From Saccharolobus islandicus REY15A (GTDB lineage: Archaea > Thermoproteota > Thermoprotei_A > Sulfolobales > Sulfolobaceae): 64,000 bases of DNA. This document shows, one piece after another, positions 1-10,462 of the stretch. The position numbers and the translations under genes are program-made. Below the pieces are notes generated by a model, which saw only the letters and a list, made by a program, of their open reading frames with translations, was not told where the DNA came from and ran no database searches. The DNA lies in NCBI RefSeq assembly GCF_000189555.1, contig NC_017276.1. The stretch is one strand, 5' to 3'. Within the stretch, counting starts at the first letter, position 1; the number at the start of each line of letters is the position of its first letter.

Positions 1-2
1 TG

Positions 3-1076
3 TATAAATATAATGAGCCATTAATTATTGAGGATAATATTCAAATAGATGACCCTAAGGTAGGTGAAACAAAGATTAGAATTGAGGCAACTGGCTTATG
101 TCATTCAGATGTAAATGTATTTGAAGGAAAAACTCCAGTCCCTCCACCAGTCATTGCGGGACATGAAATAGCTGGTGTTATAGAGGAGGTAGGAAATAAC
201 GTTACAGACTTTAAATCTGGCGATAGGGTTATATCAGCATTTATTCATCCCTGCGGTAAATGCAAAAATTGTATAACGGGAAAGGAGAATTTATGTGAAG
301 TCTTTGCGAAAAATAGACTAAATGGGACATTACTAGATGGTACAACTAGATTACACTTTAAGGATGGAACTCCGATAAGGGCATTTTTAGGAGGAGGATT
401 TGCAGAATACGCAATGGTACCTTATACTGCATTAACTAAAGTTCCGGAAGATTTGGATTTAAGAAAGGTTGCAGTATTGGGTTGTGCAGGTTTAACTGCT
501 TATGGTGCTGTAAATTCCGCTAAAATAGAGCCTGGTGAAACAGTTGCTGTAATTGGAGTTGGCGGTGTAGGATTGTCTGTGATACAGATGTTAAAGATTG
601 CTGGTGCCGGAAGGATAATAGCAGTCGGGACTAGAAAATGGAAATTGGAAAAGGCGTTAGAGCTAGGAGCTAGTGATGTAGTTAACTCTAAAGAGACTGA
701 TGTTGTTAGAGCTGTTAAGAATATTACTGGAGGAGGGCCGGATGTTGTAATAGAAGTAGCAGGAACTACGGAAACAGTGAAAATGTCTTTAGAAATGGTT
801 AGAATAGGAGGAAAGGTAGTACTAGTGGGATTACCTCCAACTACTGCTGAAATTCCAATTAGGATAGCAAGTATAGTTAGAGGGGGTATTAAAATCATAG
901 GAGACTATGGAGGGAGGCCTAGAGTAGATATGCCTAGACTTATTGAACTTGTAAAATTGGGAAAATATGACCCTACTGCGTTAGTGACTGGAAAGTTCAG
1001 ATTAGAAGAAATTAACGAGGCAGTAAAATTATTGGAGCAAGGAGAGGCAATAAGAAGTTTAATAATTCCTAACTAA
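3..1076 (+). CDS. Zn-dependent alcohol dehydrogenase, most likely succinate semialdehyde reductase (3HP/4HB cycle); 5' end lies outside the window
   Basis: The frame is open from base 3 (YKYNEPLII...GLCHSD...GHE...CGKCKNC...NLC), so the track start at 414 is internal. Rossmann motif GVGGVG. Closely resembles the Metallosphaera succinate semialdehyde reductase as recalled. Confidence 0.8.
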   Translation, partial: YKYNEPLIIEDNIQIDDPKVGETKIRIEATGLCHSDVNVFEGKTPVPPPVIAGHEIAGVIEEVGNNVTDFKSGDRVISAFIHPCGKCKNCITGKENLCEVFAKNRLNGTLLDGTTRLHFKDGTPIRAFLGGGFAEYAMVPYTALTKVPEDLDLRKVAVLGCAGLTAYGAVNSAKIEPGETVAVIGVGGVGLSVIQMLKIAGAGRIIAVGTRKWKLEKALELGASDVVNSKETDVVRAVKNITGGGPDVVIEVAGTTETVKMSLEMVRIGGKVVLVGLPPTTAEIPIRIASIVRGGIKIIGDYGGRPRVDMPRLIELVKLGKYDPTALVTGKFRLEEINEAVKLLEQGEAIRSLIIPN

Positions 1077-1354
1077 AATGGAGCTCTGGTAGTTTTTCTT
1101 CCAATTATAAACATTATTAAATAGATGATTAACATTATTATGGTAAATACAACACCTACTATAATTAGGTTACTTAAGACCGATGGTGGGACATTGCCAA
1201 AGGCTATTGGAATTGGTCCTAATAACACTAATCCTGCGAATTGCGGAGAAGATGAAGTAGTTGTCTGGGGAGTTTGAACTTGGAATACTACACCTAGGAA
1301 GAGTAGGATGAAACCAAGAAATATTAATGTGAGACCAGCCGCAATTAACTTCAT
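1073..1354 (-). CDS. DUF131-family small membrane protein
   Basis: Hydrophobic segments and a [13 protein letters not shown] motif. Confidence 0.7.
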   Translation of the reverse strand: MKLIAAGLTLIFLGFILLFLGVVFQVQTPQTTTSSSPQFAGLVLLGPIPIAFGNVPPSVLSNLIIVGVVFTIIMLIIYLIMFIIGRKTTRAPF

Positions 1355-1404
1355 ATGTTAATCTTTTGTTATAAGCTTTATAAACTTTATATTAAGGTGA
1401 GCGT

Positions 1405-2310
1405 ATGTATTACGGCAGTATAATTACAGTCTTATCGTCAGATAAGAATAAACTAACTGGGATAGCCGAAAAACTAGGTAAGCTTCATGAAACCGCCAAG
1501 ACAAAAATATATTATAGAAAAAAGGGGGAATACATTAGATCAATCCTATTGACTACAGAGTATCCGGAAAAAATTATAGATTTAGCTGAAGCATTATCAC
1601 TCTCGTCGACTGCAATATTATATATACCAGAAACTTTAACGTGGATGGATGGAGAGCTAGCACTTTTAATTGATTCTCTAAATACGCATAACAAGATAGT
1701 AATATCCAACTTAGATCAAGGTAAAATAAATAATATTTTAGGCTCTTTAAGCTCCTTTACTAAATTCGATCTATATAATGATATTCCAGACTTAAGCGAG
1801 ACCGAAGAGGAGGATAAGGGAATAGTATATGTAGATAGAGTATTCACAGTCAAAGGTGTTGGAACCGTAGTTACTGGATTCTCATTTACCAATGTTGAAG
1901 TTCATGAGAAATTAGTGGCGTTACCTTATAATAAGGAGGTTGAAATAAAGAGTATTCAAGTTTTAGATGAGGATCAAAAGAGTGTTTCAACCGGAGTTAG
2001 AATAGGGTTTGCTCTGAAAAACGTAAAAGAAGAGGAAATAGAAGATTTACTGTATTTGGTTAAGCCAAATGTTAAGGTTGTAAAGGAAATAGAAGGACAA
2101 ATAACTAATTACAAATGGACCACTATAAATCAAGGTCAAAATCACATAATAGTTAAGGGTCATGGAATTGCAGCTAATATAAAAGTCGATAATCAAAAAG
2201 CTAAGATTATGTCATCTGTTCCAATACCTATTGTTGACAATAGGATACTTGTCTTAAACGTTAACGTCAGACAGGGAAAACCAAGAGTAGCTGGATATAT
2301 TAGTTTATAA
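1405..2310 (+). CDS. SelB-like translation factor (SelBL) with degenerate G domain
   Basis: EF-Tu/SelB domain II motif VDRVFTVKGVGTVVTG; no GxxxxGKT/S P-loop. Confidence 0.75.
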   Translation: MYYGSIITVLSSDKNKLTGIAEKLGKLHETAKTKIYYRKKGEYIRSILLTTEYPEKIIDLAEALSLSSTAILYIPETLTWMDGELALLIDSLNTHNKIVISNLDQGKINNILGSLSSFTKFDLYNDIPDLSETEEEDKGIVYVDRVFTVKGVGTVVTGFSFTNVEVHEKLVALPYNKEVEIKSIQVLDEDQKSVSTGVRIGFALKNVKEEEIEDLLYLVKPNVKVVKEIEGQITNYKWTTINQGQNHIIVKGHGIAANIKVDNQKAKIMSSVPIPIVDNRILVLNVNVRQGKPRVAGYISL

Positions 2311-2325
2311 GTTAATTAGTATTAT

Positions 2326-2595
2326 ATGGAAAACGCTATTCTGACTGCATATAAGAAGGCAAGGGAACTAAATAAAGATGGCGAAGTTCACCTTTTTAAA
2401 GATGAAAGTGGTGCATACTATCTAATCATAGTTAGAACGGCTAATTGCAAAGAAAAGTCTAAACTAATAGATGCAATTTATGATGAGGTATACAAACATA
2501 CTGATGAGATAAACCTTACAATTCTAATTATGTCTAAGAGCTCTTACAAGGCCTTTGCTGATCAAAATTTGGAAGAAATAGAAGTACAGTCATAG
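2326..2595 (+). CDS. Hypothetical protein (89 aa)
   Basis: Clean ATG ORF 15 nt after SelBL with normal composition. Confidence 0.65.
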   Translation: MENAILTAYKKARELNKDGEVHLFKDESGAYYLIIVRTANCKEKSKLIDAIYDEVYKHTDEINLTILIMSKSSYKAFADQNLEEIEVQS

Positions 2596-4338
2596 CTTAT
2601 TTATTCTATCCTTTAATAAATCTAGATTGTTCTCAGCGGCAAAGAATACTGGAACATCATGAGGGAGAGCCGACTTAAAGCTTACTAATAACCATTGCCC
2701 TGGTTCCAGTTCTAGGGTCTTATCTAAGAGCATATCACTAATTCCAAAAGTTTCAGCTAATAATTGTCTATCGTACGGCCTAGGAAGTGTGCTTATGAAG
2801 TAAGAGTGTAACTGCTGCAGTGCGTTAGTGTTTAGGTAAGCTAGTCTTTGAGTACTTATTAGTGAATGTAAGTGATACTTTCTTCCATGTCTAAGCAATT
2901 TCTCTATGGCAGTGCTTGAGGCTTCACTTTTATCTTTCTGTTTGGTATCATAAGGTATAAACTCTTGAGCTTCATCTATTATGAATAGTACTTTAGGATT
3001 GTCGGAATACATTCTCTTTCTCCTATTGTAAATTTGATTAATTACAGTCGCAACTACTTGCCTTCCCTCTTCTAAGTTAGGGAGTTCTAAAATAAATAAT
3101 CTAGGTGAGTCCCTGGAAGAATCCAAAATTTCAATCGCTAAATTTTCTATATCATAGTCTTCAGTTTCTCTGATGCCGAGTGAGATGTATGCTCTTATAC
3201 CAGATATAAATGTAAACAGTGACGAATTCTCCTTTAAATGCGCATCTTTTCCTAAGTTTTCTATTTCATCCAATAAATTATTAATAGAGTCATCTATGAT
3301 ATCATCCACTGTCAATTTCCTTTCTCTCATGAAATTATCTAACTTACTTAGGAAAGTATAGAGTAGTGGTTTCTGCGATATTGCAGTATATTTATCTTCT
3401 ATCTGCTTTTTGACTAGATCTATTAAATCGGCATAAGTTAAGTAAGTAAAACCTTCAGGTGGAACGTATAACTGTTTCATTTTCTCATTTTGATGTAGAA
3501 TTTCTGCACCTTTTTTTATCTTATCTCTAATATCTATAATGTCGTCAGGAATCACGTGACTTCTTAAAAATTTTCTACTCGCATCAGCTGGATTAGGGGG
3601 AACTCTATCTAAGCTTATAACTCTAGATGGAACTTCAAGCAACTTATCTAAGAGAAGTATTGCGTACTCCATTGATACGTCAAATATTACAACTTTAGTG
3701 TCGGGTAGGTTATCTAACACTTTTCTTGCTATCAAGGATGCTAAATTTGATTTACCCGAGCCCGTAAAAGCGAAAATACCTAGGTGATACTTTATTGCTT
3801 TTTCTAAATTTATATCTAAAGAAAGTTGTTCATGTAGAATGTTTCCTAAACTTACATTACTATTTGCACAGACAAATGACGCATACGCCTTTTTATTTAA
3901 AATCTTTACTGAGGAACCCAATAGAGGTGGGAAATATCCTTTTTTAAATTGAATATTGTTCGAATTTATTTCGAGAATATATCCCAAAGGATAAGTTATT
4001 GAATCTATCCATATTTCTTTCTCATCGTTCGAATACCAACTTTCACTAACTTTTTTCATGATTTCATTTCTAATCTCCTTAGGTATTGTAGAGTCCAGAT
4101 TTATCATACCATAATGCATCGGAATAATATCTGCAACTTCTAAAATCAGATAGTAATTTTCCTTTATTGTATTTACAGCAAGCAATTTTCCTATACCTAA
4201 TTTATCCTTTAGCGAGAAGGGGAATTCTACTATATAATTTCTAAAAGATATTGTACCCCTGCCATCAGAAGTTTGCCTAGTTATTATTTTGGCTTCTCTT
4301 AGCTTTCCCTCTTCTACTTCAAAAATACTTTCCATCAT
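2590..4338 (-). CDS. HerA-family ATPase (paralog)
   Basis: N-terminal HAS-barrel-like region, Walker A FTGSGKS, Walker B IIDEAQ, Arg finger RHGRK, motif STQR. Confidence 0.85.
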   Translation of the reverse strand: MMESIFEVEEGKLREAKIITRQTSDGRGTISFRNYIVEFPFSLKDKLGIGKLLAVNTIKENYYLILEVADIIPMHYGMINLDSTIPKEIRNEIMKKVSESWYSNDEKEIWIDSITYPLGYILEINSNNIQFKKGYFPPLLGSSVKILNKKAYASFVCANSNVSLGNILHEQLSLDINLEKAIKYHLGIFAFTGSGKSNLASLIARKVLDNLPDTKVVIFDVSMEYAILLLDKLLEVPSRVISLDRVPPNPADASRKFLRSHVIPDDIIDIRDKIKKGAEILHQNEKMKQLYVPPEGFTYLTYADLIDLVKKQIEDKYTAISQKPLLYTFLSKLDNFMRERKLTVDDIIDDSINNLLDEIENLGKDAHLKENSSLFTFISGIRAYISLGIRETEDYDIENLAIEILDSSRDSPRLFILELPNLEEGRQVVATVINQIYNRRKRMYSDNPKVLFIIDEAQEFIPYDTKQKDKSEASSTAIEKLLRHGRKYHLHSLISTQRLAYLNTNALQQLHSYFISTLPRPYDRQLLAETFGISDMLLDKTLELEPGQWLLVSFKSALPHDVPVFFAAENNLDLLKDRINKL

Positions 4339-5077
4339 TTCTTAATCTCTCAATCCAACTTCTAAATTCTCTGTATCTAATATTGCTTTGCAAACTGGTG
4401 ACATTTATGAACTTGCTTAATTTATTTCTGTAATATTTCACTAACTTATCAGCTAAAAACAATGGATAATTATACCCTAAAGCTTCCGGTATTGGCTCCC
4501 TTCCTAGATTATAGATTAGAGAAAGCAATTCTTCCGGATTTTCTACAAAAACTTGAGACTCTATGTAGAATACCCATGAGGAGGGAAACAGTTTAAAATA
4601 TCCATAAATCGTTTCATCATGTTTTTCATTAATTACTAGCCAAGGGGGGTTTTCTACATTGTTCAAATTTTCTCTTTTTACTATATCAAAATCCTTTACA
4701 ATTCCAATGGAATTTTTAGGAACCGAAATACCTAAAGATTTATCAAATGACAGTTTTCTATCGAAAAATATTAGATCAACTTCATTTTCCTTTATATTGT
4801 AGTATTCTAGTTCTCTCATTCTCTTCTCTGCTTCACAAATGCACAGCTCATCATCAACTGAAATATCTTCTATAGTAAATTTAAAATCCTTAAATATTCT
4901 GCCTTTGATTATGCCTATTACTATATAACCTCCTTTCTCTCCTTCCAAAATAATGTCAGAGAAGGTTCCATCAATTGCGGCAAACGTTAACTCTCTATTC
5001 AGAAAGTAATTTTTGTTTGATCTCAATCTTACTATTGTGCTAAAATCACCACTATCAATATTTGATGACATATTCAT
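4319..5077 (-). CDS. NurA-family nuclease (paralog); true start possibly TTG at 5026
   Basis: AAIDG acidic motif, [22 protein letters not shown]; overlaps the herA paralog by 20 nt. Confidence 0.75.
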   Translation of the reverse strand: MNMSSNIDSGDFSTIVRLRSNKNYFLNRELTFAAIDGTFSDIILEGEKGGYIVIGIIKGRIFKDFKFTIEDISVDDELCICEAEKRMRELEYYNIKENEVDLIFFDRKLSFDKSLGISVPKNSIGIVKDFDIVKRENLNNVENPPWLVINEKHDETIYGYFKLFPSSWVFYIESQVFVENPEELLSLIYNLGREPIPEALGYNYPLFLADKLVKYYRNKLSKFINVTSLQSNIRYREFRSWIERLRNDGKYF

Positions 5078-5957
5078 AACATCAATTAGGGTATTAGAGG
5101 CTAAAAGACTTAGGGAACTACATATGAGTCAAACGAGAATTGCTAATCTATTAGGAGTTAGCCAACCAGCAGTGAAACAATACTTAGATGAAGACGAAAA
5201 TTCTTACATTAAAAGATTACAGAATTTGGGATTAACACGTGAAGAAATAGACGATTTTCTAGATAAACTTACGCAATTACTAATAAATGGTGACCCTAAA
5301 CAAGTAATGCAATATATCAGTGTGTTTTTCCTTTCCAATTTAAGTAGGCTAAAATTCTGTAAATACCACAAAATGATTGATAGTGAAATTCCTGTTGATT
5401 GCGACATTTGTAAAAGTTTGTACAAGGAGAATGAAGAGGAAATGATGGAACTTGCACTATCAATGCTTCAAAACGAGTCTGTAGCGGAATTAATCCCAGA
5501 AGTTCTAAGCAATTTAGCCTTTGCAAAAGCCAACGCTAAGAGGGAAGAAGATGTGCTTGCAATTCCAGGGAGAATAACTAAAATTAGAAACCTACCAACA
5601 CCTGCTTCTAAACCAATGTGGGGAGGAAGCAAGCATTTAGCTAAGGTACTATTATCAGTGATGAAAAATCATCCCGCTGTGAGGTCAGTTATGAATATCA
5701 AGTATGATGAGAAAGTGGAAATGATATTGAAGGAAATTGGCTATAAATTTAAGAAAGTAGGTCCTCAGAACGACCTAGGCAATGAAAGAATAGCCGAAAC
5801 AATAGCTGCAGTATTTGATGAAGGTACAGATGTGGTAATACATTTGGGCGGTACTGGTATTGAGGCCAACACTTATGTTTTTGGCAGAGATCCATTAGAT
5901 GTTGTAAAAAAGATTATAAATATATCAGTTAAGTATAAAGAAATTTTCTCGCCTTAA
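5037..5957 (+). CDS. HTH plus thiamine-phosphate-synthase (ThiN) domain protein, ThiR-like regulator
   Basis: N-terminal HTH ([19 protein letters not shown]), CKYH...CDIC motif, C-terminal ThiN domain (LIPEVLSNLA...GGSKHLA...NIKY); GTG start at 5037 chosen. Confidence 0.75.
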   Translation: MLKSPLSIFDDIFITSIRVLEAKRLRELHMSQTRIANLLGVSQPAVKQYLDEDENSYIKRLQNLGLTREEIDDFLDKLTQLLINGDPKQVMQYISVFFLSNLSRLKFCKYHKMIDSEIPVDCDICKSLYKENEEEMMELALSMLQNESVAELIPEVLSNLAFAKANAKREEDVLAIPGRITKIRNLPTPASKPMWGGSKHLAKVLLSVMKNHPAVRSVMNIKYDEKVEMILKEIGYKFKKVGPQNDLGNERIAETIAAVFDEGTDVVIHLGGTGIEANTYVFGRDPLDVVKKIINISVKYKEIFSP

Positions 5958-8442
5958 ATGGCCAAAAATTATATTTTTTCAGAATTGAAATAATTGCAGG
6001 TACTAGAATAGGCCTAACTACAAAAGTATCAAACAGTATTGAGACTCCTACACCTAGACCTATTTCTTGTAAGAATCTCATATTTGCCACCATCAATGAG
6101 AAAAAGGCTCCGGCTAAAATCAAACCACAAGTAGTTACTACTAATCCAGTATTTTCTACCGATCTTACTATAGCACTATTTATGTCATCGTCATTTTTCA
6201 TCTCATCAAATAATCTTATGATTATGAACATATCATAGTCTATACCTAAACTGAAAAGAAGGGCAAAAATTACAAGTGGGGATAGCCAATATGGCGAGTT
6301 ATATACTAATGCCACTGTAAATGCTCCCAATAATGAGCTTAGACCTACAGTTAAGGATAACCTCAAGGGAAGTAGAATAGATCCGAGAATCATGAAGAGG
6401 TAAATGACAATTAAAATTATGGTAAGTGGTAAAGTATAGCTAAAATAAGTACTAACGGTATTATTAACGATATCTATTCTTTGTGCGTTATCCCCTCCAA
6501 CTAGGAATCCCTTGCTTATGAGCCAATTTGTTAAATTTATAGCGCCATTGCTAAATACAGGGTACTTTAGGTAAATTATCAACAAGGTGTAATTTCCTTG
6601 ATGAAAGTGATCATATAAGTTGCTATTATTGACAATGATCTGAGAACCTAAGGACATTGGTCCATAAACTAAGTTACCTTGATCTATAAGAGTTTTAGTT
6701 AAATTATAAATGAGAGTGTAGTTAGCCTTAGGGCTTCCATACAATATTATATAGTCTATACTATAATTGTAAAGTTGATTAAGAACCTTTGTACCTACAA
6801 GTGAATTTGCATGGGGAGGTAATATTTCATCTATATTAACGTTGGTGTGTATAGAAGGAAAATAAAAGATAAAGATAACGATAGAAACTAGCATAAGAAT
6901 TACTAATAACTTATTGTGCCTTACTGCAAAGTTGGAAAGCTTATATAAGTACCTTTGCCTTATATCCGTAATACTCGGTAATTTTCGTCTAGGAAAACTA
7001 AGATATATTTGAGGGATTACGAGCAATAACGTGTACGTAAAGAAAACTGCTGGTATTAATGCTGAAATGGAAGATGTCACTAACGCTATTCCTATGTTTT
7101 GAAGTAGTGCAGAAGGGGAAAGGATAAAACTGGAGAACCCAATCGTGATACTAATACCACTTAATAGTATACCTTTTATTGAATTTTTAAGCGCATATAG
7201 AAGAGCATCTAAATTATTTTTATTAATTTCTTCAAAATATCTATATATGAGTAATATGCCATAGTCAATGTTAAGACCAAATACAATTGGAGGTGCAACC
7301 AAACCCGAAATATAATATATCTTATAACCTAGAAGCGTTTCCATGTACATGAGACCATAAGCTAATAAAAGACTAGTACCAGCACTAGATATTAAAATCA
7401 GAATTGGAACAATTGATCTAACTAACAGTATTAGTAATATCATTACAAGAATAATTGTAGTTATATCTATAATTTCAACGTTACTTTGAGTATAATATGC
7501 GGATTGTGCATAATACGCTAGGTGACCTATTACATAGGCGTTTCTGAGACTTTCAGTAAATTGATTAATATTTGTTAGGCTTTCATTGCTAGGAACATTT
7601 ATAATGAAAAGCCATAAAGTACCCTTATGAAAGGATGAGTTAAAGGCTGTAGTTATATTATTAAAAATCACATTGCTTTCATTAACAGACGTTATGTTTT
7701 GAGTTTTAAGTATCCTTTCGATTAGACTAGTGTAGTTATTAAACTGTATCAAAAACTTTAATGCCAAAGTGTAATTAGTGTAATTATTAAATCCAAAGTA
7801 GAAAAGAAATGGATCTTTAAAGGTTAAGTATCCCGCATATCTAGCTTTCTCTAGTAAACTTCCATTAACTTTATCAAAATTTTCCTTATAGGTAGGGCAT
7901 ATGTTACTAGTGAAATTATGAAGTGGAAGACCAAATGTAATATTTAACTGATATTCAAAGTATTGAAAATTTGAAATTAAATAAAGTTTCAAACGAGTCA
8001 AATTCTCATACAACTGGCTTATCGTAGATGAGAAATTCTTCTCATTTAAGCCAAGGTAGCTGAGATACTCTGTCTTAAGCATGCTAACGTAATCGTTGGG
8101 AGTTATCACCGTAGCGTTATTAAGGAGATATAAATTAGAATAAATTTCTTGTAAAGCTTGGTTATAAGACGAGGAATTGATAATAATATACAGATTATCA
8201 ACGTTGCCAATGTGAAAGTAATTGGTTACTATCTTATCAGCCCTTACACTTTGTACGCTGCTTGACAAGAATGGGGAATCCGAATACGTAAATAAACTAG
8301 GAGTTTTAATTGCAAAATGCAATAATATCATAATCAGTAATAACCATAATACCAACGATACAAGGCCATTCTTCACATTATTCCTAGACTTTATATACAG
8401 TAAAAAGTATTGTGGAAATACCAATTTTACATTGGTAACCAT
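5929..8442 (-). CDS. MMPL/RND-family transporter
   Basis: Two repeated TM blocks carrying GLNIDY and LGIDY motifs; large external loops with many N-x-S/T sequons. Confidence 0.85.
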   Translation of the reverse strand: MVTNVKLVFPQYFLLYIKSRNNVKNGLVSLVLWLLLIMILLHFAIKTPSLFTYSDSPFLSSSVQSVRADKIVTNYFHIGNVDNLYIIINSSSYNQALQEIYSNLYLLNNATVITPNDYVSMLKTEYLSYLGLNEKNFSSTISQLYENLTRLKLYLISNFQYFEYQLNITFGLPLHNFTSNICPTYKENFDKVNGSLLEKARYAGYLTFKDPFLFYFGFNNYTNYTLALKFLIQFNNYTSLIERILKTQNITSVNESNVIFNNITTAFNSSFHKGTLWLFIINVPSNESLTNINQFTESLRNAYVIGHLAYYAQSAYYTQSNVEIIDITTIILVMILLILLVRSIVPILILISSAGTSLLLAYGLMYMETLLGYKIYYISGLVAPPIVFGLNIDYGILLIYRYFEEINKNNLDALLYALKNSIKGILLSGISITIGFSSFILSPSALLQNIGIALVTSSISALIPAVFFTYTLLLVIPQIYLSFPRRKLPSITDIRQRYLYKLSNFAVRHNKLLVILMLVSIVIFIFYFPSIHTNVNIDEILPPHANSLVGTKVLNQLYNYSIDYIILYGSPKANYTLIYNLTKTLIDQGNLVYGPMSLGSQIIVNNSNLYDHFHQGNYTLLIIYLKYPVFSNGAINLTNWLISKGFLVGGDNAQRIDIVNNTVSTYFSYTLPLTIILIVIYLFMILGSILLPLRLSLTVGLSSLLGAFTVALVYNSPYWLSPLVIFALLFSLGIDYDMFIIIRLFDEMKNDDDINSAIVRSVENTGLVVTTCGLILAGAFFSLMVANMRFLQEIGLGVGVSILFDTFVVRPILVPAIISILKKYNFWPFKARKFLYT

Positions 8443-8469
8443 TTTTTAGATTAAGCATAAAGTAAAATC

Positions 8470-8628
8470 ATGGAAAGCATACAAGATGTATTAAGGCTGT
8501 TGGAACAAATCGAATCTATCATAAAGAATTATAATCCATCCGCTGAGGATAAACAAGTACTCGAAAAAGTATTGGCAAAGAACATGGAATTAAATGCAGA
8601 GATATACGCAAAATATATAAAAGTTTAA
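8470..8628 (+). CDS. Small hypothetical helical protein (52 aa), not in the ORF track
   Basis: ATG at 8470 to TAA at 8628: MESIQDVLRLLEQIESIIKNYNPSAEDKQVLEKVLAKNMELNAEIYAKYIKV; fills the gap before 8648. Confidence 0.55.
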   Translation: MESIQDVLRLLEQIESIIKNYNPSAEDKQVLEKVLAKNMELNAEIYAKYIKV

Positions 8629-8647
8629 TGTACACTATTTTATTTTT

Positions 8648-9271
8648 GTGAGATTCGAAGTCACTGTAGATTACCTACAAGGTATAGGGAGAAAGGTACT
8701 TACAAGTGATGGGCATGTAGTAGAATTAAATCCTTCGCTTGAAAAGGAATTGTCCTTAATAGGGGTCTCATCGAAACTTTTTGCAGAGGGACTAATAGAT
8801 GCTGTAACTCAAAATAATGGAACTTATTCTTTTTTCTTGCCAGCTAAAAAGATAAGTGATGAGTGTGAGAACGTCCTAAGGATATTTGAGATATGGATAT
8901 CCACAACTAATCAGACAAGAAAAATGTTAGTTATAATTATAAACGTTGAAGGAAATGCGCAAATAACGTTATTGAGACCTGAACTCTATAACGATTTCTC
9001 TAAGGACTTAATTGAAATTTTAGCAAAAAGATATATTTGTCTAAAAATTACGATGCCATTTATGTATAGATCAGTAATCTTTGATACCTTTAATTCCTTC
9101 AAAAGATTATTTGACATAATATTTGAAGGGATAATAAACTTAAGTGGAAATATTTACATGGCAACCATCAGTAATGACAAAAAAGCGTTATTATGGAAAA
9201 TAGATAGTACAAACATTCGATATGTAAGCAATAATTTAATACCCTCAGAGTTGTTAAGATTAATAAGATAG
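8648..9271 (+). CDS. Hypothetical protein (207 aa)
   Basis: Long ORF, 2 nt upstream of the M50 peptidase. Confidence 0.7.
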   Translation: MRFEVTVDYLQGIGRKVLTSDGHVVELNPSLEKELSLIGVSSKLFAEGLIDAVTQNNGTYSFFLPAKKISDECENVLRIFEIWISTTNQTRKMLVIIINVEGNAQITLLRPELYNDFSKDLIEILAKRYICLKITMPFMYRSVIFDTFNSFKRLFDIIFEGIINLSGNIYMATISNDKKALLWKIDSTNIRYVSNNLIPSELLRLIR

Positions 9272-9273
9272 GT

Positions 9274-9876
9274 ATGTCTTGGGACATAAGATACTTAGAA
9301 TGGAGATTCGCCAACCTAAATGAGATCACTTCCTTTTTACTTGCTGCCTTATCTTTAGCAGTAGCTTATATACGCCCAACATCCATACTTTCAGATCCAA
9401 TAGGTAGTATAATCATACCATATATCGTAGCATTATTAGCTATAATACCACATGAAATAGGCCACAGACAAGCTGCGAGAAGATATGGTTGTTTCTCTAG
9501 ATTTACTTTAAGTTTTTCAGGGTTTTGGACAACGTTAATACTGAATATAATTGGTAGCTTCGTAGGTATCTTAGTTTTCTTTTCGGGATACACATCAATA
9601 TCTTGTGGATTTCTTAATAGAGACGTTGAGGGAAAAACAGCTCTAGCTGGACCTCTAACTAACATAATATTAGGATTTGTTGGCCTTATTGGTGCATCGT
9701 TAGTGCCTTTTAGCCTTGTTGGCTTATTTTTCTTTGAATTAGCTAGGTTTAACTTCTGGGTAGCATTCTTTAACTTGCTTCCATTCTGGGTTTTAGACGG
9801 ATTAAAGATCTTTAGATGGAACATGATAGTGTGGGCAGTATTGATAATCATTGCATTCGCACTAACATTTCTATAA
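9274..9876 (+). CDS. Site-2 protease (peptidase M50)
   Basis: HEIGH, AGPLTN and NLLPFWVLDG motifs; multiple TM segments. Confidence 0.9.
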   Translation: MSWDIRYLEWRFANLNEITSFLLAALSLAVAYIRPTSILSDPIGSIIIPYIVALLAIIPHEIGHRQAARRYGCFSRFTLSFSGFWTTLILNIIGSFVGILVFFSGYTSISCGFLNRDVEGKTALAGPLTNIILGFVGLIGASLVPFSLVGLFFFELARFNFWVAFFNLLPFWVLDGLKIFRWNMIVWAVLIIIAFALTFL

Positions 9877-10460
9877 TGGTGAATAAAGTGATAATAAAAA
9901 AAATAATAGGTATATCAACTTTTTTCTTAATGTTTCTTGTTACTTTGGGTTTTATGGTAGGTTTATTAGCAACTTTTATAGATTCTACCTCATTATATTA
10001 TCTAGAACAATTAAACTACTTAGTAATTAAAGGGTATTATTACGAACTATTCACATCAATATTTATAACTAATAGCTTTGTTGATTTTATATTTAATTTT
10101 ATTTCATTATATGTTATATATTTAATTTTTGGTAGTAGAGCGGGAAAACATGAATATGGTATATTTATCCTAGCTGGTATTCTAGGAAATCTACTAACTG
10201 TAATATTCTATAGTCCTTTTACACTAAGCTCGGGAGCGTCTGGGGGAATATTTGGATTATTAAGTTACTACACGTTTTACGATTTCTTAAAAAAGGATAA
10301 TCTAGGGGTTTATGGTCTTGTATTTTTAGTATCAGTATTTGGAGTTAGTGATTTAATATTCCCTAATGTGAACGTTGTTGCTCATATCGGAGGTATTTTG
10401 GGAGGTATTATGTACGCAGTTGTCTATTACCTTATAAGGAGTGGAAGGACAATAAAATAA
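9876..10460 (+). CDS. Rhomboid intramembrane serine protease
   Basis: GASGG catalytic Ser and AHIGG catalytic His; ATG at 9876 overlaps the upstream TAA (TAATG). Confidence 0.85.
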   Translation: MVNKVIIKKIIGISTFFLMFLVTLGFMVGLLATFIDSTSLYYLEQLNYLVIKGYYYELFTSIFITNSFVDFIFNFISLYVIYLIFGSRAGKHEYGIFILAGILGNLLTVIFYSPFTLSSGASGGIFGLLSYYTFYDFLKKDNLGVYGLVFLVSVFGVSDLIFPNVNVVAHIGGILGGIMYAVVYYLIRSGRTIK

Positions 10461-10462
10461 TT

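Noticed and set aside
500-898. 132-aa minus-strand ORF, and similar antisense ORFs at 9366, 11274, 12909, 16537, 41813, 42551, 46720, 48219 and 51741
   Set aside because: Shadow frames fully inside well-supported opposite-strand genes; Ser/Ile/Phe/Pro-rich with no motifs
2480-2510. ATGATGA...CTGA motif resembling a C/D sRNA
   Set aside because: Inside a CDS, with no C'/D' boxes or second guide
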